Below, in pieces: positions 24,801-37,300 of a stretch of 64,000 nt of DNA (position 1 is the first letter of the stretch; every line of letters begins with the position of its first letter). The notes under the pieces are model-generated. The model had not been told where the DNA came from. It searched no databases and was given only the letters and a program-made list of their open reading frames with translations. The position numbers and the translations under genes were made by a program. This DNA comes from Macrostomum lignano (lineage: Eukaryota): NCBI GenBank assembly GCA_002269645.1, contig NIVC01000652.1:62001-126000 (forward strand), given 5' to 3'.

Positions 24801-27800
24801 ACCCGGACACCCAACCCCGACCCACCCGGACACCCAACCCCGACCCACCCGGACACCCAACCCCGACCCACCCGGACACCCGCAACCCGGACACCCGATA
24901 TCCATTTCCACCCCAGGTACCCGTAACACCAAAACTGCTACGTGGACACACCACCTCCATTCGGACACTCCTACCTGGGCACCTGCAGCCGAGAAACCCC
25001 ACCCGGTCACCCGAAACGCAATGCACTTGTTTGTCTCTGCAGGTCCTTGTGCGCCGATTCGACATGGACTTGTCGCCAAGGGCCCAGGACTTCTTTGGCA
25101 CCGCGAACACCAACGACAAAGCGCCAATCTCTGACAAGATGAAGGTGCGGGGGAAAATCGTCACCAGTGACTTCTTGGCCGAGTTCAAGTGGCAGCAGAC
25201 GGGCTCCCGCATCGAAGTGAGGATCAGCGATTCGCATCAGAAAACGAAGGGCTCCTTTGACACGGTGGACGGAAATTTCCCCAAGCGCTTCGCCATCGAG
25301 GACAACTGCACCACGGCCTTCATGCGAGTCTTCTACCGCGATCTTACCTGCCCCCAGACCATTGTCGCCCTCATCTCTAGCATCTTCCTGCTCTGCCTGG
25401 CCGGCCTGCTATCCATCTTTGTCGGCCTGCTGCGCTTCTATCAGAGTCGCGAGGAGGCTAAGCAAACGCAGCCCTATCAGCAACTGCGCGACCGCCTAGC
25501 CGAGGTCGAGATCCCAAAACAACAGGTGGGGAGGATTTGAGTCTTGGCCGTTTTGCTTTTAGGCATTGGAGTCCCAGTAGTGGTTTTTGATCCCCGAACC
25601 CCATGTGTACAGCCGAAATCCAGACACCTCACAACTAGGACACCTCAGTGCGGATACCCGAAACCCAGACTCCTTAAAGACACCTGAATCCCGGACAGGC
25701 GGACACCTAAATACACCAGAAACCCGGACTCCTCAAGACACCTCCTCAAAAACCCGGACTCCTCAAGCCCTGCGACTGTCTGCATACGTATCCGTGACCG
25801 AACTGATTAGCGAACCAACCCGCTCGCCCAGGTGGTGCTCAACCGCAAGATGGGCAAGGGCTGCTTCGGCACAGTCTACGGCGGCGAAGTCAACCTTCTG
25901 GTTTCCGGCGTGCGCAGCGGCTGGACCTCCTGCGCCGTCAAGGTGATGAACGACGACCTGAAGCAGGAGGCCATCATGCAGTTCTTGGAGGAGGCCGCTA
26001 CGCTGTCGCAGTTCCGCCACGACAACATCGTGCAGCTGCTGGGCGTGTGCACCGCCGAGCAGCCCTTCTACATCGTGATGGAGATGTGCCTCCACGGCGA
26101 CCTCAAGTCCTTCCTGATGGCCCGGCGCACCCAGGCGCTGACGAAGACCTCCCCGGAGACCTGCCCGGCCGCCCTCACCCAGTACGCCATTGACATCGCC
26201 CGCGGCATTGACTACCTGCACAACAGGCATATGGTGCACCGGGACCTGGCGCTCAGGAACTGCATGATCAATGACCGGTTCCAGGTGAGCTGCTCAGCAG
26301 TGAGCATATGCTTTAATATCAGGGAGTCTTTGTCTTGAGGTCTGCAATGAAGGTCTGCAGCTGAAGTGAATGAGAGGCTTGCACTTCCAGGCGAGTGGCA
26401 TATTAGGCTGAGCTCCTCAGTAGCCCAGCGGTAACCCGGCCGCATTACTAGAGCCGACCCCCAGTGCACAGTGCCTCACGATGAGAGAGTTAGGACTGCT
26501 GTTCACCCTGTGTCATCGGAGTGGGCATGACTGCTGTGCCAACCTTTGCCTTTCGCAGGTGAAGGTGGGCGACTTTGGGCTCGCGCGCTACATCAAGGAG
26601 TACTATCGGGTGCAGAACAACAAGCTCGTGCCAGTGCGCTGGATGCCGCCCGAGTCCATCCAGTACATGTACTTCACCGTGAACAGCGACATGTGGTCCT
26701 ACGCTGTTGTGCTGTACGAGATTGTCACCTTCGGCAAGTTCCCCTTCCAGCACCTCAGCCAGCAGCAGGTCATCAGTCAGGTGAGCCGCGGCCTCACCCT
26801 CTTCACCGCCTTCCCCGCCGACGCCACGCCGGAGCTGCGCGCTCTGGTCGGCCGCTGCTGGCAGTTCGAGCCCAAGGACCGGCCGAGCGTGGAGGAGGCG
26901 CTGGAGGTGCTGCTGAACTCGCCGGAATGCGTCACCCCCTGCCTGGAGGAGGCGCCGCCGCAGCAGCCGCTAGAGGCTCTGCGCAGCAGCGGAGACCACC
27001 TGAACCTGCGCGGACTCGGCAGACACGCCAGCGGTGACCGGGCCAGGTGACTGACCCACGGATTTGCTCACTACTTACTGACCCACGGATTTGCTCACTA
27101 CTGACCACGGGTTTGCTCACTACTGACCCACAGATTTGCTCACTACTTACTGACCCACTGATTTGCTCACTACTGACCCACGGATTTGCTCACTACTGAC
27201 CCACGGATTTGCTCACTACTTACTGACCCACGGATTTGCTCACTACTTACTGACCCACGGATTTGCTCACTACTGACCACGGATTTGCTCACTACTGACC
27301 CACGGGTTTGCTCACTACTTACTGACCCACGGATTTGCTCACTACTTACTGACCCACGGATTTGCTCACTACTGACCCACGGATTTGCTCACTACTTACT
27401 GACCCACGGATTTGCTCACTACTGACCCACGGATTTGCTCACTACTGACCCACGGATTTGCTCACTACTGACCCACGGATTTGCTCACTACTTACTGACC
27501 CACGGATTTGCTCACTACTGACCACGGATTTGCTCACTACTGACCCACGGGTTTGCTCACTACTGACCCACTTCTACTGACTCTTATTCACCAACTCTCA
27601 CTGGCCCTTATTCACCAACTCTCACTGGCCCTTATTCACCAACTCTCACTGGCCCTTATTCACCAACTCTCACTGGCCCTTATTCACCAACTCTCACTGG
27701 CCCTTATTCACCAACTCTCACTGGCCCTTATTCACCAACTCTCACTGGCCCTTATTCACCAACTCTCACTGGCCCTTATTCACCAACTCTCACTGGCCCT

Positions 27801-28509
27801 TATTCACCAACTCTCACTGGCCCTTATTCACCAACTCTCACTGGCCCTTATTCACCAACTCTCACTGGCCCTTATTCACCAACTCTCACTGGCCCTTATT
27901 CACCAACTCTCACTGGCCCTTATTCACCAACTCTCACTGGCCCTTATTCACCAACTCTCACTGGCCCTTATTCACCAACTCTCACTGGCCCTTATTCACC
28001 AACTCTCACTGGCCCTTATTCACCAACTCTCACTGGCCCTTATTCACCAACTCTCACTGACTCTTATTCACCAACTCTCACTGGCCCTTATTCACCAACT
28101 CTCACTGGCCCTTATTCACACAACTCTCACTGGCCCTTATTCACCAACTCTCACTGGCCCTTATTCACACAACTCTCACTGGCCCTTATTCACCAACTCT
28201 CACTGGCCCTTATTCACCAACTCTCACTGACTCACCCGCTCACTCACTCACCCACTGGCTCACTCATTCACTTACTTTGCTTAATCGCAACTTTGCAGGG
28301 AGGCATCCTCAGCCTCTGGTGGCGCGCTGCTCTCGGAAAGCGCCAAGGCGCTGAACTCGCTCAGCGTGAATTCCACTTTTTCAGTCGGCCGTCTTGTCGG
28401 GCGGTCCCGCCTGCATCATCAGCAGCCCGTCATGGTGCACGCGGGCTTCTCCCGGCCTGGACAGCACTCAGCTGACAACGGGCACTCCAGTGCCGAGCTC
28501 ATACTCTGA
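18849..28509 (+). CDS. VKR: Venus kinase receptor-like RTK (~1193 aa): join(18849..18966,20067..20331,21007..21306,21939..22293,23109..23510,23799..24305,25043..25525,25832..26284,26559..27046,28299..28509)
   Basis: Signal peptide MQPPTRPRLLSCLLFLLAQLPAEG; ANF-receptor/Venus flytrap motifs (GMIAGTCSETVGPIAE...SDVDAYPYFFRTVP); TM IVALISSIFLLCLAGLLSIFVGLL; kinase GKGCFGTVY, AVK, HRDLALRNC, DFG, activation loop YIKEYY (YxxxYY), PVRWMPPES; phases close in frame (3582 nt). Confidence 0.85.
19016..20010. repeat. Intronic 83-86-bp minisatellite grading into ~19-bp CCACTGTGCTCAGCCCTCC repeats
   Basis: CTCAGTCACCGTTGTAGCTCATGGTTCTACTGTCTTTACTGAACTCAGCTAG(C)nACTCTGCTCAGCCTCCACTGCTCA about 9 times, length varying in the C-run. 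Confidence 0.93.
20380..20882. repeat. Intronic 20-bp minisatellite
   Basis: GTAGATACGGTCCCCTTGGT units. Confidence 0.95.
21336..21829. repeat. Intronic 21-bp minisatellite
   Basis: GAGGGTCATAGAGACTCATCG units. Confidence 0.95.
22390..22937. repeat. Intronic 34-bp minisatellite
   Basis: CTGCTACTGACACCTCTGCTGTAGCTGGTGCCTC, nearly homogeneous. Confidence 0.95.
24380..24895. repeat. Intronic compound minisatellite (~69-bp units then 23/46-bp units)
   Basis: ACCCGGACACCCAAC core; CCCGACACACCCGGACACTCAACCCTGACACACCCGGACACCCAAC. Confidence 0.92.
27051..28230. repeat. Two adjacent intronic minisatellites: 23/27-bp (27051-27570) and 24-bp (27575-28230)
   Basis: CTGACCCACGGATTTGCTCACTA(CTTA) then CTCACTGGCCCTTATTCACCAACT. 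Confidence 0.95.
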
Positions 28510-28883
28510 GCAGCTGCAGTGCTCAACTGTGCAATACGGATAGATTGCGGCCAGCAGCCGCCCGGAAATAGCAGCTGATTCTTGGAATCGAACCAAGGCC
28601 TTCCCTGCGCGGCTCCTGGCTGCTGCAGATTCACCTGGATTTGGCTATCTCGCTAATTCTTACCTCTTAATGTGTAGCAAGGCCTGCATTTTACATGTAA
28701 AAACATGCATCAATTCGGAATACAATCTTCTTCTTTAGCAATTCGATCAACCTGTTTTTTGTTTCGTTTTTTGAAAATATTTTTGTACATTGCGTACAAT
28801 GCATTATGTAAACGAGATGCTTATTAGATGCGTAATTAAAATTACCCAATATAATTTTACAGTTTTTAGATTGCACTAAGCTA

Positions 28884-30982
28884 ACAGCAGCTCAGTTCAC
28901 AGGAATCAGTTTACAGCAGCTCAGATCACAGGAATCAGTTTACAGCAGCTCAGATCACAGGAATCAGTTTACAGCAGCTCAGATCACAGGAATCAGTTTA
29001 CAGCAGCTCAGATCACAGGAATCAGTTTACAGCAGCTCAGTTCACAGGAATCAGTTTACAGCAGCTCAGATCACAGGAATCAGTTTACAGCAGCTCAGAT
29101 CACAGGAATCAGTTTACAGCAGCTCAGATCACAGGAATCAGTTTACAGCAGCTCAGATCACAGGAATCAGTTTACAGCAGCTCAGATCACAGGAATCAGT
29201 TTACAGCAGCTCAGATCACAGGAATCAGTTTACAGCAGCTCAGTTCACAGGAATCAGTTTACAGCAGCTCAGATCACAGGAATCAGTTTACAGCAGCTCA
29301 GATCACAGGAATCAGTTTACAGCAGCTCAGATCACAGGAATCAGTTTACAGCAGCTCAGATCACAGGAATCAGTTTACAGCAGCTCAGATCACAGGAATC
29401 AGTTTACAGCAGCTCAGATCACAGGAATCAGTTTACAGCAGCTCAGATCACAGGAATCAGTTTACAGCAGCTCAGATCACAGGAATCAGTTTACAGCAGC
29501 TCAGATCACAGGAATCAGTTTACAGCAGCTCAGGTTACACAGGAATCAGTTTACAGCAGCTCAGGTTACACAGGAATCAGTTTACAGCAGTTCAGTTCAC
29601 AGGAATCCGTTTACAGCAGTTCAGGTTACACAGGAATCAGTTTACAGCAGCTCAGGTTACACAGGAATCAGTTTACAGCAGCTTAGATTACACAGGAATC
29701 AGTTTACAGCAGTTCAGTTCACAGGAATCCGTTTACAGCAGTTCAGTTCACAGGAATCCGTTTACAGCAGCTCAGGTTACATAGGAATCAGTTTACAGCA
29801 GCTCAGATCACAGTAATCAGTTTACAGCAGCTCAGATCACAGGAATCAGTTTACAGCAGCTCAGGTTACACAGGAATCAGTTTACAGCAGCTCAGGTTAC
29901 ACAGGAATCAGTTTACAGCAGCTTAGATTACACAGGAATCAGTTTACAGCAGTTCAGTTCACAGGAATCCGTTTACAGCAGTTCAGTTCACAGGAATCCG
30001 TTTACAGCAGCTCAGGTTACATAGGAATCAGTTTACAGCAGCTCAGGTTACACAGGAATCAGTTTACAGCAGCTCAGATCACAGGAATCAGTTTACAGCA
30101 GCTCAGATCACAGGAATCAGTTTACAGCAGCTCAGATCACAGTAATCAGTTTACAGCAGCTCAGATCACAGGAATCAGTTTACAGCAGCTCAGGTTACAC
30201 AGGAATCAGTTTACAGCAGCTCAGGTTACACAGGAATCAGTTTACAGCAGCTCGGGTTACACAGGAATCAGTTTACAGCAGCTCAGGTTACACAGGAATC
30301 AGTTTACAGCAGCTTAGATTACACAGGAATCAGTTTACAGCAGTTCAGTTCACAGAAATCAGTTTACAGCAGCTCAGTTCACAGGAATCCGTTTACAGCA
30401 GCTCAGGTTACACAGGAATCAGTTTACAGCAGCTCAGGTTACACAGGAATCAGTTTACAGCAGCTCAGATCACAGGAATCAGTTTACAGCAGCTCAGGTT
30501 ACACAGGAATCAGTTTACAGCAGCTCAGGTTACACAGGAATCAGTTTACAGCAGCTTAGATTACACAGGAATCAGTTTACAGCAGTTCAGTTCACAGAAA
30601 TCAGTTTACAGCAGCTCAGTTCACAGGAATCCGTTTACAGCAGCTCAGGTTACACAGGAATCAGTTTACAGCAGCTCAGGTTACACAGGAATCAGTTTAC
30701 AGCAGCTCAGATCACAGTAATCAGTTTACAGCAGCTCAGATCACAGGAATCAGTTTACAGCAGCTCAGGTTACACAGGAATCAGTTTACAGCAGCTCAGA
30801 TCACAGTAATCAGTTTACAGCAGCTCAGATCACAGGAATCAGTTTACAGCAGCTCAGATCACAGGAATCAGTTTACAGCAGCTCAGGTTACACAGGAATC
30901 AGTTTACAGCAGCTCAGATCACAGTAATCAGTTTACAGCAGCTCAGATCACAGGAATCAGTTTACAGCAGCTCAGATCACAG
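28884..30982. repeat. Intergenic 29/31-bp minisatellite
   Basis: ACAGCAGCTCAGATCACAGGAATCAGTTT; 31-bp GGTTACAC variant only after ~29530. Confidence 0.95.
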
Positions 30983-31019
30983 ACAGTACATGGCAGAAAG
31001 CCAGGCTAGCCGAAACAAT

Positions 31020-31212
31020 GGGCCGTATGCAGAAAGCTCTGTCTAGGGTAGTCCGGTCTTGAAAAGCTAGTCTGGACTTGGATTTGGTATGCAGAAACAC
31101 AAAGTTAGACCAGTCTACTATAGCAGAACTATGCTAGCTGGACCATAGACTATAGACTGAACTACCCAAGTCCGGACTAGCTAGTCTGGACTAGGCTTTC
31201 TGCATACGGCCC
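31020..31212. mobile_element. 193-bp MITE-like inverted repeat upstream of DNAJC2
   Basis: Perfect 18-bp TIR GGGCCGTATGCAGAAAGC / GCTTTCTGCATACGGCCC; no TSD seen. Confidence 0.65.
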
Positions 31213-31355
31213 GCTGTGTACTTTACCAACTTTGCGATTGGCTGTTCAGCACGTGTTATTTTCATAAATCAATATTTGAAATGCATATCGCCGTCGGTTT
31301 GTTATTCCGGGCTCCTGTCGCGCGCGAATATTTTTGCTTATAGTCTCGCTACCGT

Positions 31356-34300
31356 ATGCTGCTAAGCGGATGCCCGGCTTTTATCTCAATGCTTAAAGCG
31401 GTCTATTTCACTGCCGTACGGTAGGATGCCGCGGCCTGCTTGTGCCGTCATTAATTTATTTTCTAAAATCACATGAGACCTCCTTTTATCTAAGTTGGAT
31501 TAAATTTAAATTTATTCTCTTTTTTTGTCGGATTTCCCGGTTTTTTTCCTTTTCTTCTGAGCTTCTGTTGAGCAGCGCTGCTTGGCTTTTTGCTTTTGTG
31601 TTTTTCATTCACGCTGTTGGCCAGACTGAAGATTTGCTGCTGCTGTGTACATAGCACCGCTCCTGTTTCCAAATATAGAGCTGTTTGTAGCCTTGGCTCC
31701 CCGCTGACTTGTTGGCACTTCTTGGTTGATCTTTAATTCTATTAGAGTTCTTTTAAGGAACCCTAGGCAGCAGGTTTAGTGTGAGTCCGCCCTGACCCCA
31801 AATCAGCAGGTTTAGTGTGAGTCCGCCCTGACCCCAAATCAGCAGGTTTAGTGTGAGTCCGCCCTGACCCCAAATCAGCAGGTTTAGTGTGAGTCCGCCC
31901 TGACCCCAAATCAGCAGGTTTAGTGTGAGTCCGCCCTGACCCCAAATCAGCAGGTTTAGTGTGAGTCCGCCCTGACCCCAAATCAGCAGGTTTAGTGTGA
32001 GTCCGCCCTGACCCCAAATCAGCAGGTTTAGTGTGAGTCCGCCCTGACCCCAAATCAGCAGGTTTAGTTTGAGTCCGCCCTGACCCCAAATCAGCAGGTT
32101 TAGTTTGAGTCCGCCTTGACCCCAAATCAGCAGGTTTAGTTTGAGTCCGCCTTGACCCCAAATCAGCAGGTTTAGTTTGAGTCCGCCCTGACCCCAAATC
32201 AGCAGGTTTGTTTGAGTCCGCCCTGACCCCAAATCAGCAGGTTTAGTGTGAGTCCGCCCTGACCCCAAATCAGCAGGTTTAGTGTGAGTCCGCCCTGACC
32301 CCAAATCAGCAGGTTTAGTTTGAGTCCGCCTTGACCCCAAATCAGCAGGTTTAGTTTGAGTCCGCCTTGACCCCAAATCAGCAGGTTTAGTGTGAGTCCG
32401 CCCTGACCCCAAATCAGCAGGTTTAGTGTGAGTCCGCCCTGACCCCAAATCAGCAGGTTTAGTGTGAGTCCGCCCTGACCCCAAATCAGCAGGTTTAGTG
32501 TGAGTCCGCCCTGACCCCAAATCAGCAGGTTTAGTGTGAGTCCGCCCTGACCCCAAATCAGCAGGTTTAGTTTGAGTCCGCCTTGACCCCAAATCAGCAG
32601 GTTTAGTTTGAGTCCGCCTTGACCCCAAATCAGCAGGTTTAGTTTGAGTCCGCCCTGACCCCAAATCAGCAGGTTTGTTTGAGTCCGCAATCCTGACCCG
32701 ATGCAGCCACATGGTTTCCCAGCCGCAGTCGGTGGTGCCCTACATTCACTTCCACGACGTTTGGCAACTGCGGCAGCTGGCCGGTTATCCGCTGCTGCTG
32801 CCAGATGACGAGCCCATTGTCGATGACGCCGAGATCGAGGCCGCCGAGGCGGCTGTGTCGCCAGCTGACGAGGAGCGCGAGCTGCTGTTCCTGCGCAGCC
32901 TGGACCCTAAGGAGTGGAAGAACCAGGACCACTACGCTGTGCTGGGAATCAAAACTATGCGCTGGCAGGCCACGGACAGGGATATCAAGACGGCCTGTAA
33001 GTCTGGCTCAGAGTTTGAGTTTGAGTACGCACGGAACTTGGTGGGGTCACCAGCATGAAATAATTGCCGGTTTTGAAACGGACCAGCAGTATAGGAAGGG
33101 TTAGTAGTATGGAAAGTTTCAGTAGAATGGATAGGGCCAGTAGTATGGAAAGGGTCAGTAGTATGGAATGGGCCAGTAGTAGTGAAAGGGCCAGTAGTAT
33201 GGAAAGGGCCAGTAGTATGGAATGGGCCAGTAGTATGGAAAGGGTCAGTAGAATGGATAGGGCCAGTAGTATGGAAAGGGTCAGTAGTATGGAATGGGCC
33301 AGTAGTAGAGAAAGGGCCAGTAGTATGGAAAGGGTCAGTAGTATGGAAAGGGTCAGTAGCATGGAAAGGGCCAGTAGTATGGATAGGGCCAGTAGTATGG
33401 AAAGTTTCAGTAGAATGGATAGGGCCAGTAGTATGGAAAGGGCCAGTAGTATGGAATGGGCCAGTAGTATGGAAAGGGTCAGTAGAATGGATAGGGCCAG
33501 TAGTATGGAAAGGGTCAGTAGTATGGAATGGGCCAGTAGTAGAGAAAGGGCCAGTAGTATGGAAAGGGTCAGTAGTATGGAAAGGGTCAGTAGCATGGAA
33601 AGGGCCAGTAGTATGGATAGGGCCAGTAGTATGGAAAGTTTCAGTAGAATGGATAGGGCCAGTAGTATGGAAAGGGTCAGTAGAATGGATAGGGCCAGTA
33701 GTATGGAAAGGGTCAGTAGTATGGAATGGGCCAGTAGTAGAGAAAGGGCCAGTAGTATGGAAAGGGCCAGTAGTATGGAAAGGGTCAGTAGTATGGAAAG
33801 GGCCAGTAGTATGGATAGGGCCAGTAGTATGGATAGGGCCAGTAGTAGAGAAAGGGCCAGTAGTATGGAAAGGGTCAGTAGAATGGATAGGGCCAGTAGT
33901 ATGGAAAGGGTCAGTAGTATGGAATGGGCCAGTAGTAGAGAAAGGGTCAGTAGCATGGAAAGGGCCAGTAGTATGGATAGGGCCAGTAGTATGGAAAGTT
34001 TCAGTAGAATGGATAGGGCCAGTAGAATGGAAAGGGTCAGTAGAATGGATAGGGCCAGTAGTATGGAAAGGGTCAGTAGTATGGAATGGGCCAGTAGTAG
34101 AGAAAGGGCCAGTAGTATGGAAAGGGTCAGTAGTATGGAAAGGGTCAGTAGCATGGAAAGGGCCAGTAGTATGGATAGGGCCAGTAGTAGAGAAAGGGCC
34201 AGTAGAATGGATAGGGCCAGTAGTATGGAAAGGGTCAGTAGAATGGATAGGGCCAGTAGTATGGAAAGGGTCAGTAGTATGGAATGGGCCAGTAGTAGAG

Positions 34301-37300
34301 AAAGGGCCAGTAGTATGGAAAGGGCCAGTAGTATGGAAAGGGTCAGTAGTATGGAAAGGGCCAGTAGTATGGAAAGGGCCAGTAGTATGGAAAGGGTCAG
34401 TAGCATGGAAAGGGCCAGTAGTATGGATAGGGCCAGTAGTATGGAAAGGGTCAGTAGCATGGAAAGGGCCAGTAGTATGGATAGGGCCAGTAGTATGGAA
34501 AGGGTCAGTAGTATGGAAAGGGTCAGTAGTATGGAAAGGGTCAGTAGTATGGAAAGGGCCAGTAGTATGGAAAGGGCCAGTAGTATGGAAAGGGTCAGTA
34601 GTATGGAAAGGGTCAGTAGCATGGAAAGGGCCAGTAGTATGGATAGGGCCAGTAGTATGGAAAGGGTCAGTAGTATGGAAAGGGTCAGTAGTATGGAAAG
34701 GGTCAGTAGCATGGAAAGGGCCAGTAGTATGGATAGGGCCAGTAGTATGGAAAGGGTCAGTAGTATGGAAAGGGCCAGTAGTATGGAAAGGGTCAGTAGT
34801 ATGGAAAGGGTCAGTAGTATGGATAGGGCCAGTAGTATGGAAAGGGTCAGTAGTATGGAAAGGGCCAGTAGTATGGAAAGGGTCAGTAGTATGGATAGGG
34901 TCAGTAGTATGGAAAGGGTCAGTAGCATGGAAGAATCAGTAGATTTGAGCAGCATATATATTTATATATTAAATCGCCTTGCAAGTAAGGAATGTGACGC
35001 GGATCTCACTTTTGGGGACATTTAGCTTACAAAGAGGTCAAGCAACATAGATAAGGTAGCGAATTAAGAGCAGTGGAGACGTTCGTTGCGACACTAAGAA
35101 TATGAAGAATATGAATTCTACGCCCTATGTATGATCAACTGGAGAATTAGACTGAGAGGGACTTGCTGATGACAACGCAATGCAGAGCAGCGTCTCCGAA
35201 TTTCCAGACCGTCGCATGGTGTTGAAGCACCACCCGGACAAGCGGAAAGCTCGGGGCGAGGTGGTGGCTGACGAGAGCACGGACTACTTCACCTGCATCA
35301 CCAGGGGTGAGGAAGCGACAGGGCTTTGCTCATCTGACTCCCATTCTCCACATGGACTCATTCCTCTGAGTCCCATTCTCCACATGGACTCATTCCTGAG
35401 TCCCATTGACCACTTGGAATCCTCATGTCCGTGAGTCCCATTGCCCACCTGGAATCCTCATGTCCGTGAGTCCCATTGCCCATTCGGATTCCCCATGTCC
35501 GTGAGTCCCATTGCTCATCTGGATTCCCCATGTCCGTGAGTCCCATTGCCCATCTGGATTCCCCATGTCCGTGAGTCCCATTGCCCACCTGGATTCCCCA
35601 TGTCCGTGAGTCCCATTGCCCACCTGGGTTTCCCATCTCCCTAGTATTTTCAACATTCGGATCTCTTGCCGACCGCCCAAACAGCCTGGGAAACGCTTGG
35701 CAGTCGCGACCGACGACGCGCATATGACAGCGTCGATCCGCAATTCGACAACACCGTCCCGACGGCGAGCGACGTCACCCGCGGCGGCGCCGACTTCTTC
35801 GCCGTTTTCGGCCCGGCCTTTGCGGCCAACTCGCGCTGGTCCCGGCGCCAGCCGGTGCCGCAGCTCGGCACTAGCTCGGACTCGCGCGAGACAGTCGAGG
35901 ATTTTTATTCGTTCTGGTACGACTTCGACTCCTGGCGGGAGTTCTCCTACCTGGACGAGGAGGACAAGGAGAAGGGTGAGAATCGCGAGGAGCGCCGCTG
36001 GATCGAGCGCCAGAATCGCGAGGCCCGGCAGCGACGACGGCGTGATGAGACGCGGCGGCTGCGCGGCCTGGTGGACGCGGCGCGGGACTGCGACCCGCGA
36101 CTGGCCAGGTTCAAGGAAGAGGAGGCCCGCGCCAAGCAGAAGGCCAAGCAGGTGCGCAGTCGCTCTCAGTTTATCGGATTCCCACCTTTGATGCTGCTTC
36201 AGAAATTATTCAGGAATAAATCCCGTTCCTCCCGCAGGCCAAGGCGGAGGCCGCCGAACAGCGCAGGCGAGCCGCCGAGGCAGCCGAAGCAGAGGCTGCG
36301 GCAGCGCGTCGGGCTGCCGAGGAGGCCGCTGAGGCGGCGGCCCGCGCGGAGGCAGAGCGGCAGCGCCGGGACCGCGAGGCCGTCAAAAAGGCGTTGAAGG
36401 AGGCCCGTAAGGCTTTCCGTGCGCTCGCCAAGTCGGCCGACTTCTTCTTGACCGCTGGCGACGCCGACTCCGTGCGGGTGGCCCGCATGGAGGCGGTCGG
36501 GCTGCTGGCTGACGGTCTGGAGGCTGGAGAGCTGATGCAGCTGCGAGACCGCTTGGCCGGCGCTACTGACGGTGCTGCCGGGCCTCTACTGGAGGCCGCC
36601 GTGACGGAGCTCCGCGAGAGGCGGCGGGCCGAAACGGAGGCGGCAGCGGTGCAGCAGAAGGAGCGAAAGCAGGCGGCTGCGGCGGATAGCGGCGGGGCAG
36701 GCGGTCAGTGGAGCAAAGGGCGGGGCGGAAAGCAGGCACTCAGTGGGTGGGGGCGGAGACTGGCAGTCAATGGGACGGAGTGGTTGCGGTTTTTATTTAT
36801 CCCAGCAGTTCGAAATCCCCAATCGGCCTCCTGCAGAGTCGCAATGGAATTACGGTCAGCTGTGCGCCCTGGTGAAGGCTGTGAAGCTGTTCCCGGCAGG
36901 CACCGGGGCCCGGTGGGAAAAGGTGGCAGAATACGTCAACGCCCACTGGGAGGCGGCAGCGGCCACCTCGGCGCCGATGCAGCAGCCGCAACAGCCCGTG
37001 GTGGAGGTTGACGCGAAGTCGGCTCTGCGCAAGGCGAAGGAGCTCGCAAAAAATTCGTCGGACGATGCGCTCAGAGCCGAGGCTAACAGGTGAGACAGGC
37101 ATCTACACAGGTGCTGTTGACAGTATGACTGTGTGCTTGCAGCTGGTGTGTTAGTACACTTGCAGCTGGTGTGTCAGTACACTTGCAGCTGGTGTGTCAG
37201 TACACTTGCAGCTGGTGTGTCAGTACACTTGCAGCTGGTGTGTCAGTACACTTGCAGTTGGTGTGTCAGTACACTTGCAGCTGGTGTGTCAGTACACTTG

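Noticed and set aside
24917-25010. Extra small RTK exon after CCCCAG
   Set aside because: Exons 6 and 7 already join in frame and no good donor follows
19711-28230. ORFs such as [22 protein letters not shown] repeats
   Set aside because: Minisatellite translations; the RTK exons join in frame without them
28575-28630. B-box-like GGTTCGATTCC on the minus strand
   Set aside because: No matching A box or cloverleaf; at most a SINE remnant
32985-35025. Three ORFs of 586-656 aa
   Set aside because: Translations of an 18-bp repeat inside DNAJC2 intron 2; no protein-like complexity
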